IMG/VR virus record: IMGVR_UViG_3300032307_000764
Span: 32,001-96,000 of that record
DNA from: a virus
Lineage: Duplodnaviria; Caudoviricetes
Strand: one strand, 5' to 3'
Length of the DNA stretch: 64,000 nucleotides
Part shown: piece by piece, positions 35,680-46,131 of the stretch
Position numbering within the stretch: the first letter of the stretch is position 1
How the letters are laid out: each line of letters begins with the position of its first letter
Position numbers and translations under genes: made by a program
Notes under the pieces: model-generated
What the model was told of the DNA's origin: nothing
The model's input: the letters and a program-made list of their open reading frames with translations, nothing else
Database searches by the model: none

Positions 35680-37377
35680 ATGGATTTATTAGAAAAAAAC
35701 AAAGCCAAAATATCGGATCTTATAAGCCAAACCTTTGACCTTATACAGGCAAGATATGGAATGTCAGATCAGCTTTTTACTGTAGCTTCAGTTTGGGGTC
35801 AGATTATATTTGTACTTGATAACTTATCTCAGTTTATTCTATTCTTTATAGAGGATTCGATTACTGAGCTAAACATTAACACCGCGACAAGGGAATCTTC
35901 AATATATGGTTTATCAGCTTTAGCTGGACACAATCCAACAAGAGCAATAGCAGCAAAGGGTGAGGTAGTTATAACGTGGAACGGAAAAGGATTCGAAAAC
36001 GTAGGTGGAAGCGCAGTTTTAGTTCCTAATAATTCACAACTGAAATGTATAAATAACGGTAAGACCTACTTACTAAAGCTAGCACAGGAATATACAAGAT
36101 TAAACTTAGATCCAGCTTCTAAACTTATAGCTTCTATCGTAGAAGGAACAATTAATACCAACCAATATACTGGTACTGGATTAAAATTACAAAGTTATAA
36201 CGTATCTGCCAGAGGTACTTCAAGTATAGAGAACTTCGAGGTTGACGTTAAGGTTAACGGGGAGTCTTGGAATAAGTATGATTCTTTATACGATATTCCT
36301 AGAAACGGAAAAGGATTTATTGTTAAATCCTCTATAATTTCAGGTATAGATATTTTCTTTGGGACTATAGATTTTGGTCTTCCTCCAGCTGCTGGATCGG
36401 TTATTCAGGTTAATTATCTAGAATGTACTGGATCTTCAGGTAACGTATTGGTAGAAGATTCATCTCAAGCTATTTTTAGATTTGATGCTGACGGAACAGA
36501 CCTATTTGGATCTAGTGTTACCCTTCAGGATGTTCTCCAGGTTTCGTGCTCTATCGCACCTCAGCTAGGAGCGAACCAAGAGTCAGTAGATTTAACTAGA
36601 CTTATAGCTCCTAAGACCTCTAGAAGTTTTGTACTTGCTAACCCGACTAATTATATTACATTCTTTGAAAAGTTTGGACAATTTTCTATAATAGAGGCAT
36701 TCACAACATTTAACGATCAATACCTTGATGACGACAATATTATTTATTTAATACTTGTACCTGATATTCAATTGACTTTAAAAAGCAACGAAACGTATTT
36801 TGATGTTCCCCTTTCTAGGTTCAAATTAACTCAGTCTCAAATAGATAGGATTTATCAATTATTAGATGAGAGCGGACAAAAAATAGTTACTACGGTAGTT
36901 AAAGTATTAGATCCAGTTTTAACCCGATATGTTGTTAATATAGCTATTACTATTTTTGAAGGATATGATCCAGATACTATCAAGAGTCAAATCGTCAGTA
37001 TACTTAGCGACTATTTCTTAAATATTAGAAGGAGAGATAAAATTCCTAGATCTGATTTGATTGCTGCTATAGAAGGTATAACAGGAATAGATTCGGTTTC
37101 TTTATATTTCGTTGGTGAAGAAAACGAAGCAGCAAAAGCACAGAATGCTAATTCACCAGAAATAGGATTTGATGAATTTGGAGATATAACTATGAGCAGC
37201 GATGAAATAGTGGTTATATCTGGGGGTTGGGAAGACCGAAATGGTATTTATTATGATTATGGAGCAAGCATGAATACTTTATCATCGGTTAATATTGATG
37301 TTAGAGCTATAGTACCAGTAACATACAATACTAAGGTTAATAACATACTAAAAAGCTCATTAAAAACAGGAAATTAA
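35680..37377 (+). CDS. Baseplate wedge protein, T4 gp6/baseplate J-like
   Basis: TATRESSIYGLSALAGHNP, SLYDIPRNGKGFIVK...DIFFGTIDFG..P, NYLECTGSSGN and VLANPTNY motifs; follows gp25. Confidence 0.8.
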   Translation: MDLLEKNKAKISDLISQTFDLIQARYGMSDQLFTVASVWGQIIFVLDNLSQFILFFIEDSITELNINTATRESSIYGLSALAGHNPTRAIAAKGEVVITWNGKGFENVGGSAVLVPNNSQLKCINNGKTYLLKLAQEYTRLNLDPASKLIASIVEGTINTNQYTGTGLKLQSYNVSARGTSSIENFEVDVKVNGESWNKYDSLYDIPRNGKGFIVKSSIISGIDIFFGTIDFGLPPAAGSVIQVNYLECTGSSGNVLVEDSSQAIFRFDADGTDLFGSSVTLQDVLQVSCSIAPQLGANQESVDLTRLIAPKTSRSFVLANPTNYITFFEKFGQFSIIEAFTTFNDQYLDDDNIIYLILVPDIQLTLKSNETYFDVPLSRFKLTQSQIDRIYQLLDESGQKIVTTVVKVLDPVLTRYVVNIAITIFEGYDPDTIKSQIVSILSDYFLNIRRRDKIPRSDLIAAIEGITGIDSVSLYFVGEENEAAKAQNANSPEIGFDEFGDITMSSDEIVVISGGWEDRNGIYYDYGASMNTLSSVNIDVRAIVPVTYNTKVNNILKSSLKTGN

Positions 37378-37378
37378 G

Positions 37379-37627
37379 ATGGCAGATAAAAAGAGTTGGT
37401 ACGAATTTATACAATCCCAGAATGATATAAGATCTAACGAGGGATTTAATTATGAAGGTAAGATCTTTGAGAAGACACTTTCTAATCAAGTTATGCAGGG
37501 GGATTCTAATAGGATAGATATCTTAGCTAGCATTGAAAAAGTGGTTTACCAATTGTTTGAATCCACTAAGTATATTAAGAATTATATTAATTATACAGTA
37601 CCAAAAAATAATAAGTACGTAAGATAA
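37379..37627 (+). CDS. Small hypothetical baseplate-associated protein
   Basis: 82 aa, packed with 1-nt gaps between the gp6-like gene and the giant wedge gene. Confidence 0.65.
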   Translation: MADKKSWYEFIQSQNDIRSNEGFNYEGKIFEKTLSNQVMQGDSNRIDILASIEKVVYQLFESTKYIKNYINYTVPKNNKYVR

Positions 37628-37628
37628 G

Positions 37629-40600
37629 ATGACGACCCAAAACCTTTTATTTTTCGATAAAAAAGGAGACCAATACAATTTTGCATGGAATGGTGATTAT
37701 TGGGAAGGATCTGTCCTTTTTCCTATAGTTTCTGAAAAGCTTTTTGAAGTTGAAAATATATTCGTGATAGAGAAGTTTTTAAACAATCTATCAGAAGTAG
37801 AATATGGATTTCCTCACGCAGATGGAATTAGTCCAGGATCTCCTGTTTGGAGAACTAGATGGGAATCCGACTATGATGATAAAATTGATGTATCTTCAAT
37901 AATTTATACATACGAGCTAGGTATAGATTCGAATCTAGATTCCCCGGTTTTAGTTAAAGCAACTAATGTTGAATTTTACCCTGAGGTTGTTCCTGGAGAC
38001 ACTATATCTTCGCCTTCCGGACTAGTAGTATCTTCTGATATTACTTCCTCTTCAATGCAAATAAATATTGCTCTGAATTCAGATAGTGAGGGAATATATG
38101 ATAGAACTTTAATATTTGAAGATTACACTGACCCTAATAACCCTGTTACTATATTAAGAGTTAGCTTCCATGGTGAAGTTGAAGGCGAGGATGGCAGATT
38201 ATCTGTCTTATTGGATAACTTTGGTAGAACTTTTAATGTTTCGGATTCATTTATAGTTAGAGAAACTGACATCAAAGAAGAATTACCGAATTACGAGATC
38301 ATCAATAATAAAAGGAAAGAGCTATTACTAACGGGTGAGAGTATATTTCCTTATTTGGGATCTTATAAATCGTTATTCAATGCAATTAAGTTCTTTGGAT
38401 ATTATGATCTTAGAATTAAGGAGTATTGGCTAAACGTCCATGTTGATAGCGCAGACGTATTAACTCCTTTACAACAAAATAATAAAATATTAAATCAGCT
38501 AGGAAAAACTAATTTAGAGGGTCAGAATTCTTTAGAATTAATAAGCAGCTTATTAAAAGATGAGAACGAAGGTAAATTTAAACAAGTTGAGATCTACGGT
38601 AAGAAGAGCGACGGAACTTTCGGATTAAAGAAACAGTTCGAGGAGATATTCCCTTCTAAATCTTATAAGAAAACTGCTCTATTTGGTTTATTCTATGATA
38701 TAAACAGAGAGGTAGAAGGACAGGACGAGGATCAATATGGATATCCCATAGTAGAGGATGCTTTTGCGTTTAGTCCAGAAGAAGTACTTATAAAGCTATT
38801 TGGTTTAAAAGAAAGACTTAAAAGAGATTACCTCCCATTAAATGCAAGAATAGTAGATATAACTGGAGAAGGTATCTATTTTAACATTTACAAAACTAGA
38901 GGATGGGTAGATCAGCTTGGTATAGATGAGGTTAAATCTGGTATTGAGGTTGACTTTACTGTTACTCCTCAAATAGGATATATTGAGGATCTTAGACCGT
39001 TCTATACAAAACCTAACCAAAGTGGTCTTTTATATCCTAATATTAATGGAACAGAAACTGGTATAAGTTTTCTGGGAAATACTGTTGATCCTTATTCGTA
39101 TTTTCAAGAATATCCTGTTAATTCTATTCCAGAACTAGAGAAAGCAATTAACAATTTTTACACTAATGTTAGTAACGGAGTTCTTCCTAAATTTCTAGGC
39201 GACGGTGATTATGACTATCCTGGATATAAACTTTTCTCTAACGGAAGCGACTATGTATTCCCTGCAGGATTTCCTGTTGTAATAAAGGACAACACGTTTG
39301 ATCTTTCGTGGGAGGAGGTTTCAGGAAGCTGGACTTCTTTAGACACTACAATAACTACTACAAATTTAGATATAGCTAGTTACACGAGTACTGTAGCAGA
39401 TAACCCAGGAACACCATTACAAACAGTTAATAGTACAAGTACAATAACATTAAGTAATTCTTTCCCGCAAAGTATAACTATAAATATAGGAATCGGTAAC
39501 GACTGGTTCGATCCAACTTCAACTGAGGTTATTTTTGTTAGGGTTGAATCAATAGCTTCTCCTGGTAATTTATTATTGGGGTATTCAACTTCGGTTGATT
39601 ATAACACAGGTACAGGGAATTTAACTATTCAAGTAATAAACACTAGGGGATCTGGTGAATATTCTAATTGGAATGTGACTCCTACTAACTTAACATTCAA
39701 TCCGTATACATTTCAATATTTCGAAAATTATATTCATTCAGGAGGATTCTATTCTTGGGATAGATTGCCTTATTTAGACTTCTATGAGATAGAATGGACT
39801 ATATCTAAAGATGATGATAGACCTTATTATTTTCAAATTAGGGGACAGCTACCTGAATTAGATACATTACCTCACTTCCTACCTTATAGTGGTATTTATA
39901 ATGTACAATGTAGAGTTTGGGACACTTTAAATTCCATATCTCTAGGTATAAAGAAAAATGTAATTAACGTATCTAAAAGGGAAATAGAATTAAATACAAT
40001 TACAAGATTTAGAGAATCTGAAACATACGATTGGAATAACTCATTGTTAAAATGGGACAGTTACCCTTCTCAATGGTTATTCCCTGTAGAGAATACAGAT
40101 ACTGTAAAAAATATATCGGACTTTATACAGAATTTCCCAGAATATTCTAATAATCACGAGGAGGGGCAAAACTGCGAGGTACTTACACATTTACCAGAAG
40201 TAAAAGCGACAGTAACATTTGATATGGGTGTAACAAGTACTCCTATATCTAGCATAGTTAGTGTACCTGTAGGAGGGGGTTATTCTCTTGCAGTAGTAAC
40301 AACATCTTCAAATCATGGTTTAACTTCCGGTGAAACTGTTTGGATCTACGATTCTTCAGGAGCTCCTTACGGTATTTTTCCGATTACGGTTTTATCTAGT
40401 AACACTTTCGAGATTCCACAGTTAGTTATGACAGCTATAACTGGTGGAGAAGTTTACGGAAGTGGTACAGTTAAGGTTATTGCTGATGGATTAGAAATAG
40501 CAAACTGCTCTTTCCAAGGCGATATAAATTCAACTACCAGCTTAGTTTATAGTACTATAAATTCATCTCCACTTAATCCTAAATATAAAGTTATAACTTT

Positions 40601-43600
40601 AGTTGATTCTGTAACAAATATAGGTCAAAAAACATTCACTATACAGGCTCCTAATAATTCAGGAAGTACCTGGAATGGTAAATCCTTAGTACTTCAAACC
40701 ACTGGATCTATAACTACCAGCTCTTCTAATATTCTATTTAGTGGAGGACTAAATGAGAGGGATGAATACTTAAATTACGATTTCGGTTCTTTACCTAAAC
40801 CAGAAATGAAATACTGGGGAACTAAGAAATTAGCATGGGATACATTTGAAGATTTTGAGTTTGCTAAAGCTTATGCACACACTTGGGATATGTTAGACTA
40901 TCATAACGATTGGCTAGGTGGATTCGATCTTTATTCTCTACAGTATGGTGATATAATTAAAGTTTCCCAACAAACACCTGGTATAGTTATGCAAGAGACA
41001 GATTCTCCTGCTAATAATTATTTAGATCTATCAGAGGCTGCGGATCAATTAAATAACTCTGTAGACGAGAACATTAAAAGATTCGACTACATAGTTAGAG
41101 GATATTCAGAGCTTCCTAATAACTTCTATCCGAATCAAAATCCTATATCTCCAGACCTTAATACTAATCCAGGTCCTAAAAATATTACATCAACTTTTTA
41201 TAAAATTCCTACATACTCGCCTATCACTTTTTATCCTACCTCTGTGGGTTGGGATGGAGACGGAGATATATGGGTAACAGGCGAAGATGTAGTTAAGTTC
41301 GATGGATTAAACTTTACTAACTATGATTCTTCTAATAGTATCATGCCAGGAGTCGGACTCCAAACTAATACTATTAAGATCGACAGAAATGATGTTAAGT
41401 GGATTGGTATAGAAAATACAATGACACCATTGGTCCAGCTAAACGATCTTCAGCCAACACTTAGTAAATCTTATTCAGTAACTGACTTTATAGATAATGG
41501 GGGTAACGCAGTTTGCCCACCAATAAACTCAAGTATTAAGGTAATAGAAATAAATTCTCAATCTGGAGATATATTTGCAGCTTTCGTTTCTGTTTCTTCT
41601 CCATCTTACGATGGCCTTTTATTCTATGATTCACACGCTAAATCTTGGCATCTATATACAGTAGCAAACTCTGATCTTCCTTCAGATGATATTACGGATC
41701 TTAAATTAGAATTCTATGATATTAATAAGTGGTATTTATGGATTGGTACATCTGCAGGAGTAAGTAGATTCGATGGTGTTAGATTTAAAAACTATAATTC
41801 CACCAATTCTGGATTACCTATTAACGATGTATTTTCAATAACAATAGATAAACTTGGTCATAAATGGATAGGAACCTCAGCAGGATTGGTTTATTGGGAT
41901 AAAATAAGATGGACTGTTTGGGATCATATTACTAATCCAGAATTGATTTCAGGAAGAATAGCAAATATAGTTGATACGGGAAATTCTAATATATGGTTTA
42001 CAGTAGACCCTACATCGTCACCTAGAGGAGATGCACAACTTTATTTCTTTGATGGATATTATTTCACTTTAGTTTCTTATAGAAATGATGGTACTACGTT
42101 AATAAAACCTGACGGAAGTTACTACGGAAAAACAATGCTTTCTGCTCCGTGGAAAACAATAAAAAATGGAGAAACAACATTCCCTAAGAATTTGATATTC
42201 CTTACTGATGATGGTGAGATTGGGAAGCTTGATTATGTAATACCACATATTCATGCAACATCTAAGTTCCCTGGAACTAATGGATGGGATTTTGTTTACC
42301 ACCAAACTACAATACCGCTTCCTGCTATAGAGTATTTTAAAGATGCTCCTGAGGAGTATTCTTTACTTGGATACAACATGGTAGTAGGTCCGATGGTAGA
42401 TAATATAACTTTAAATTCTGATTACACTAGACCTATCATGCCTTCGGTTGATAGATATTCATGGTCTAAGCCAAATTGGCAGCGCTACAACGTTAATTAT
42501 CTTAAAGACCAGTTTCCATCTTTGAACCTGGACAATGTCTTCTTATACGCTCCGCTACGCGATATTTTAAGTGGTAAAGCGACATACGAAAACTATTGGA
42601 GAAACTCACAAGTGGAAAGAATTGCTCAGAAAAAATCTAGAGATCTATTCCAGAATTTTGAATGGGTTATAACTTTAGGAAATAGCGATCCAGATCAGGG
42701 TATTAAAGTAACTGTAGATCTAGAGGGGGACGTAGTTACTATTGGAGATTTCAATGGTACTATCTTTATGGGAGAGGTTAATAATATAGGTTCTCAAGAC
42801 GTATATCTAACAACTGCTGAACAAGGAGTTTATGTAGCTAAATATAATAAAGGCGGTGTTTTACAATGGGCAAGAGCAATAACTTCTACAGTTATTCAAG
42901 GACCTATTTATGCTAGATCGGTAATAACCGATGCTTATTCTAATATTTATGTAGTAAGTGATAATTCTTTAACCGGATTTATCGAGATTAATAAATATGA
43001 TAGTGACGGTGTATTGTTAAATACTATAAATCTTCCAGTTACTCCTAATCAATTTATAGGAGATATTAAGGTTGATCAATACGAAAACTTATTTATATGT
43101 GGATCTTTTGAAGGAACTCTTACATTAGGATCGGTAGTATTAGATTCTCCGTCACAAAGTGTTGGGTATCTTGCAAAACTTGATTCTACTTTAACATTTA
43201 TATGGGCTAAAAAACTAAGTGACGCTGATGCTTCACAAGCTAACGAATTAGCAGTACTTAAAGATGGATATTTATATTTAACTGGTACTTTCAATGGAGA
43301 CTTAGATCTTGACCCTATAACTCTTACTACAACTAGCACCGCTGATATGTTTATTGGTAAATTCAATACTGCAGATGGTACTTGTATTTGGGGAGAATCC
43401 TTTGCTGGTACTTCATTAACAGAATTCAAATTTCCTTCCATATGTGTAGATCCTAAAGGTCATGTATTAGTTACAGGATCTTTCCAAGGAACGATGGAGA
43501 TAGAAAATGAATCTATAACATCCTTTGTTGGATCTGGTATATTTGACGTATTTGTTTTAAAACTCCTTTCTACAGGAAAACTTATATGGCTTAAGATGTG

Positions 43601-44420
43601 TGGCGGAGTTTCAGGAACCGAAGCATATGATATAGAAAGTGATTCGGACGAGAATGTTTATATTACTGGATCATTTGCAGGAGCAGCTTATTTCTCACCG
43701 GATACTGTGTATTCTAGAGGAGGCGATGATATCTATTTAACTAAATTTAATAAGGATGGAACTATTGTAGATATAGTTACTGCCGGAGGTATTAATAATG
43801 ATAGGGGAGCAGATCTTGTATTAGACAAGGATGAGAATCTTTATTTAACGGGATATTTCGAGGGCCAAGCAGAATTTTCTCCTTATTTAGTTTTATCTCC
43901 TCCTGGAACAAGCCTTGATGCTTTCCTTGGAAAAATACCTAAGGAGAGATTTAAAGAAGGACTTAAAATAGGAGCTATACAATCTTGGTCGGGGTCTCAT
44001 TCCTGGTCGTGGAAAGAAGATAGATTTTATGAAAGAGAATTTGAAATTCCATTAGCTTCTACAATTTTTATCAATCCTATAGATTCTTTAATACCTGGTA
44101 AGAAAGATCATATTTGGACTTTAACTGATACTGAAAGCGGGGAGGTGATTGTGAAGATTAGAAAGACACCTTATTTTATATGGACGTTTACTAATCCTGG
44201 ATTCTATACAATAAGCTGTCAGTTACAAGATGCTAACGGAAATCTATATGACGTAACTCACGATGGTAAAATAAGAGTAATAGATCATAAGGAACCTTTT
44301 GCAGGAGATTTAACACCAGAAATAGTTAATCCTGATGACTTCTTAAAAAGATCAATATACTATGATCGAAAAGAAATGGGGTTTCCCCCATTATCTAAAT
44401 TCGATATAGGAATGCCTTAA
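37629..44420 (+). CDS. Giant baseplate/wedge protein (gp7-like position) with beta-propeller and PKD-like domains
   Basis: 2263 aa after the gp6-like gene; Reg_prop-like repeats at about 41250-42070, SBBP-like repeats at about 42660-43940, and a C-terminal PKD-like segment (WTFTNPGFYTISCQLQD). Confidence 0.7.
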   Translation: MTTQNLLFFDKKGDQYNFAWNGDYWEGSVLFPIVSEKLFEVENIFVIEKFLNNLSEVEYGFPHADGISPGSPVWRTRWESDYDDKIDVSSIIYTYELGIDSNLDSPVLVKATNVEFYPEVVPGDTISSPSGLVVSSDITSSSMQINIALNSDSEGIYDRTLIFEDYTDPNNPVTILRVSFHGEVEGEDGRLSVLLDNFGRTFNVSDSFIVRETDIKEELPNYEIINNKRKELLLTGESIFPYLGSYKSLFNAIKFFGYYDLRIKEYWLNVHVDSADVLTPLQQNNKILNQLGKTNLEGQNSLELISSLLKDENEGKFKQVEIYGKKSDGTFGLKKQFEEIFPSKSYKKTALFGLFYDINREVEGQDEDQYGYPIVEDAFAFSPEEVLIKLFGLKERLKRDYLPLNARIVDITGEGIYFNIYKTRGWVDQLGIDEVKSGIEVDFTVTPQIGYIEDLRPFYTKPNQSGLLYPNINGTETGISFLGNTVDPYSYFQEYPVNSIPELEKAINNFYTNVSNGVLPKFLGDGDYDYPGYKLFSNGSDYVFPAGFPVVIKDNTFDLSWEEVSGSWTSLDTTITTTNLDIASYTSTVADNPGTPLQTVNSTSTITLSNSFPQSITINIGIGNDWFDPTSTEVIFVRVESIASPGNLLLGYSTSVDYNTGTGNLTIQVINTRGSGEYSNWNVTPTNLTFNPYTFQYFENYIHSGGFYSWDRLPYLDFYEIEWTISKDDDRPYYFQIRGQLPELDTLPHFLPYSGIYNVQCRVWDTLNSISLGIKKNVINVSKREIELNTITRFRESETYDWNNSLLKWDSYPSQWLFPVENTDTVKNISDFIQNFPEYSNNHEEGQNCEVLTHLPEVKATVTFDMGVTSTPISSIVSVPVGGGYSLAVVTTSSNHGLTSGETVWIYDSSGAPYGIFPITVLSSNTFEIPQLVMTAITGGEVYGSGTVKVIADGLEIANCSFQGDINSTTSLVYSTINSSPLNPKYKVITLVDSVTNIGQKTFTIQAPNNSGSTWNGKSLVLQTTGSITTSSSNILFSGGLNERDEYLNYDFGSLPKPEMKYWGTKKLAWDTFEDFEFAKAYAHTWDMLDYHNDWLGGFDLYSLQYGDIIKVSQQTPGIVMQETDSPANNYLDLSEAADQLNNSVDENIKRFDYIVRGYSELPNNFYPNQNPISPDLNTNPGPKNITSTFYKIPTYSPITFYPTSVGWDGDGDIWVTGEDVVKFDGLNFTNYDSSNSIMPGVGLQTNTIKIDRNDVKWIGIENTMTPLVQLNDLQPTLSKSYSVTDFIDNGGNAVCPPINSSIKVIEINSQSGDIFAAFVSVSSPSYDGLLFYDSHAKSWHLYTVANSDLPSDDITDLKLEFYDINKWYLWIGTSAGVSRFDGVRFKNYNSTNSGLPINDVFSITIDKLGHKWIGTSAGLVYWDKIRWTVWDHITNPELISGRIANIVDTGNSNIWFTVDPTSSPRGDAQLYFFDGYYFTLVSYRNDGTTLIKPDGSYYGKTMLSAPWKTIKNGETTFPKNLIFLTDDGEIGKLDYVIPHIHATSKFPGTNGWDFVYHQTTIPLPAIEYFKDAPEEYSLLGYNMVVGPMVDNITLNSDYTRPIMPSVDRYSWSKPNWQRYNVNYLKDQFPSLNLDNVFLYAPLRDILSGKATYENYWRNSQVERIAQKKSRDLFQNFEWVITLGNSDPDQGIKVTVDLEGDVVTIGDFNGTIFMGEVNNIGSQDVYLTTAEQGVYVAKYNKGGVLQWARAITSTVIQGPIYARSVITDAYSNIYVVSDNSLTGFIEINKYDSDGVLLNTINLPVTPNQFIGDIKVDQYENLFICGSFEGTLTLGSVVLDSPSQSVGYLAKLDSTLTFIWAKKLSDADASQANELAVLKDGYLYLTGTFNGDLDLDPITLTTTSTADMFIGKFNTADGTCIWGESFAGTSLTEFKFPSICVDPKGHVLVTGSFQGTMEIENESITSFVGSGIFDVFVLKLLSTGKLIWLKMCGGVSGTEAYDIESDSDENVYITGSFAGAAYFSPDTVYSRGGDDIYLTKFNKDGTIVDIVTAGGINNDRGADLVLDKDENLYLTGYFEGQAEFSPYLVLSPPGTSLDAFLGKIPKERFKEGLKIGAIQSWSGSHSWSWKEDRFYEREFEIPLASTIFINPIDSLIPGKKDHIWTLTDTESGEVIVKIRKTPYFIWTFTNPGFYTISCQLQDANGNLYDVTHDGKIRVIDHKEPFAGDLTPEIVNPDDFLKRSIYYDRKEMGFPPLSKFDIGMP

Positions 44421-45088
44421 GTGGTATATTCCCTATAAACATCTAATATCTCAGGTACAATAGGATGCCTGTGATTTTTCTTTAAGCAAATAACTTTAAC
44501 TCCAGGAATTCTAGCAGCAATGGTATTCATGAAATCTAGACCAGATTCTTTTTTGTTTTTTAAATCTATCTGCGAAGTGTCTCCACAAATCATAATTTTA
44601 GATCCAATTCCTAGTCTTCCTAGAACCATTTCCATTTGGCTCATAGTTACGTTTTGTGCTTCGTCTACGATAACACAAGAATTAACTAATGTTCTCCCTC
44701 TCATGAAAGGAAAAGGCAATATTTCTATAATACCCTCTGATAATAATTTTTCAATCTTTGTTTTGTCATAGATCATTTCAAGATTGGAATAAATCGGAGC
44801 TAACCAAGGATCCATTTTTTCTTTCAAATCCCCGGGTAGAAACCCAATATCTTCTTTTGCCACTGTGGGTCTTGTGATTACCAATTTTTCAATTTCCCTG
44901 TTAAATAACATGTCTAAAGCTATTTGTACTGCTAGTAACGTTTTACCAGATCCAGCAGCTCCCTTAAGCACATTAACTGGATTTTCCAGAATAATAGCTT
45001 TAGCTTCTTTTTGTTCTTCGTTCAGGTTGATTTTAAATTTGATAGGATTTTTTGGCTTTCTTTTTTGTGTCCAATTGTTTTCGGTCAT
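44417..45088 (-). CDS. phoH: PhoH-like ATPase
   Basis: GAAGSGKT Walker A, ITRP...GFLPG...KMDPW, MRGRT, IVDEAQN and GDTSQIDL motifs. Confidence 0.95.
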   Translation of the reverse strand: MTENNWTQKRKPKNPIKFKINLNEEQKEAKAIILENPVNVLKGAAGSGKTLLAVQIALDMLFNREIEKLVITRPTVAKEDIGFLPGDLKEKMDPWLAPIYSNLEMIYDKTKIEKLLSEGIIEILPFPFMRGRTLVNSCVIVDEAQNVTMSQMEMVLGRLGIGSKIMICGDTSQIDLKNKKESGLDFMNTIAARIPGVKVICLKKNHRHPIVPEILDVYREYTT

Positions 45089-45105
45089 AAGATTCTTTTT
45101 TTTTC

Positions 45106-45126
45106 GGAAACATATTCGATGTTTCC
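45106..45126. promoter_or_regulatory. Perfect 8-bp hairpin/palindrome in the phoH leader
   Basis: ggaaacat-attcg-atgtttcc; on the - strand it is followed by A9 and lies 17 nt before the phoH ATG. Confidence 0.5.
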
Positions 45127-45170
45127 CAGTTTAATAAATATCCTGTCTTTTCCTATTGTAATAAATACAG

Positions 45171-45180
45171 GATATATATC
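45171..45180. promoter_or_regulatory. Palindromic gatatatatc, a putative bidirectional late promoter
   Basis: Gives GATATATA on both strands in the divergent gap between phoH and the fibre operon. Confidence 0.45.
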
Positions 45181-45197
45181 AAAAAAAGAAAATTCAA

Positions 45198-46115
45198 ATG
45201 GCAATCACAATTACAGAAATTCTTGGAACAGATTCGATATCAGGATCAAGACTAACTATTAATGCTAACTTTTTACTTCTAGAGAACGCTTATAATGATT
45301 TAGAAGACACGTTTAATATTAACGTGTTGACAGGATCGATGGACGTATCAAGTGCATCTAGTGGACAGATCAAAGCTAAATCTCTACTTGCTAATAGTTT
45401 AGTCATGCCTTCTTCAGGTTCACCAACTATACAAGTTTATGGAACTGGTGCTAGTGCAGGATTTATGATAGCTTCTAGCACTGTAGCTTCAGCTACTGGT
45501 ATCTTCTCTAATACTTTACAAGTTAACTCAATGTCAGCTTCAGGAGCAGCAACTTTTGGTGCTACTGCTACTTTCTCTAGTTCATTAAACATAGACGGAA
45601 GAATGTCAATGGGTGCTTCTGGTAATTTTGTTAATACCAACAGAAAAGCAACAGTAGGATCTACTACAGCTTTTCCTTCTGCTCCTGGAGCAGGTGTAAC
45701 TGGAACTTATTCATCTCCTTACCAATTAACTCTAACTGAAAATGTTATTTATATACAATCTGATTATGTTTCGAGTGCGCCAGCCGATTCTACTAATGCT
45801 ACAGGATTTTTCTTTTATGCTACAACAGGTGCTGGAGCAACTGCTTCTGATATCCCTGCAGGTTATACCGTAACCCTAATTGACACAGCTACCACTGCAG
45901 GATCAATTACTACAGGAGTTACTGGACCTTCGCCTTATTATTATACTGGATTTTCAACTGGTGACGCATCTTATACGGATCCTATTATACAAACATCCGG
46001 AAATCCTTATAAAACATCGCTTACTCTTATGTGGGAGCCAAGAATAGATCAAACAGGATCTATACAAAAGGGATCTTGGGTGGTTGTTAACTCTACTCAA
46101 GGCTTCACATTCTAA
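45198..46115 (+). CDS. Putative virion fibre/baseplate structural protein
   Basis: N-terminal DSISGSRLTINANF resembles the gp9/gp10-type INxNF motif; Ser/Thr/Gly-rich beta body. Confidence 0.6.
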   Translation: MAITITEILGTDSISGSRLTINANFLLLENAYNDLEDTFNINVLTGSMDVSSASSGQIKAKSLLANSLVMPSSGSPTIQVYGTGASAGFMIASSTVASATGIFSNTLQVNSMSASGAATFGATATFSSSLNIDGRMSMGASGNFVNTNRKATVGSTTAFPSAPGAGVTGTYSSPYQLTLTENVIYIQSDYVSSAPADSTNATGFFFYATTGAGATASDIPAGYTVTLIDTATTAGSITTGVTGPSPYYYTGFSTGDASYTDPIIQTSGNPYKTSLTLMWEPRIDQTGSIQKGSWVVVNSTQGFTF

Positions 46116-46131
46116 TAAAGAAAATTAATCA

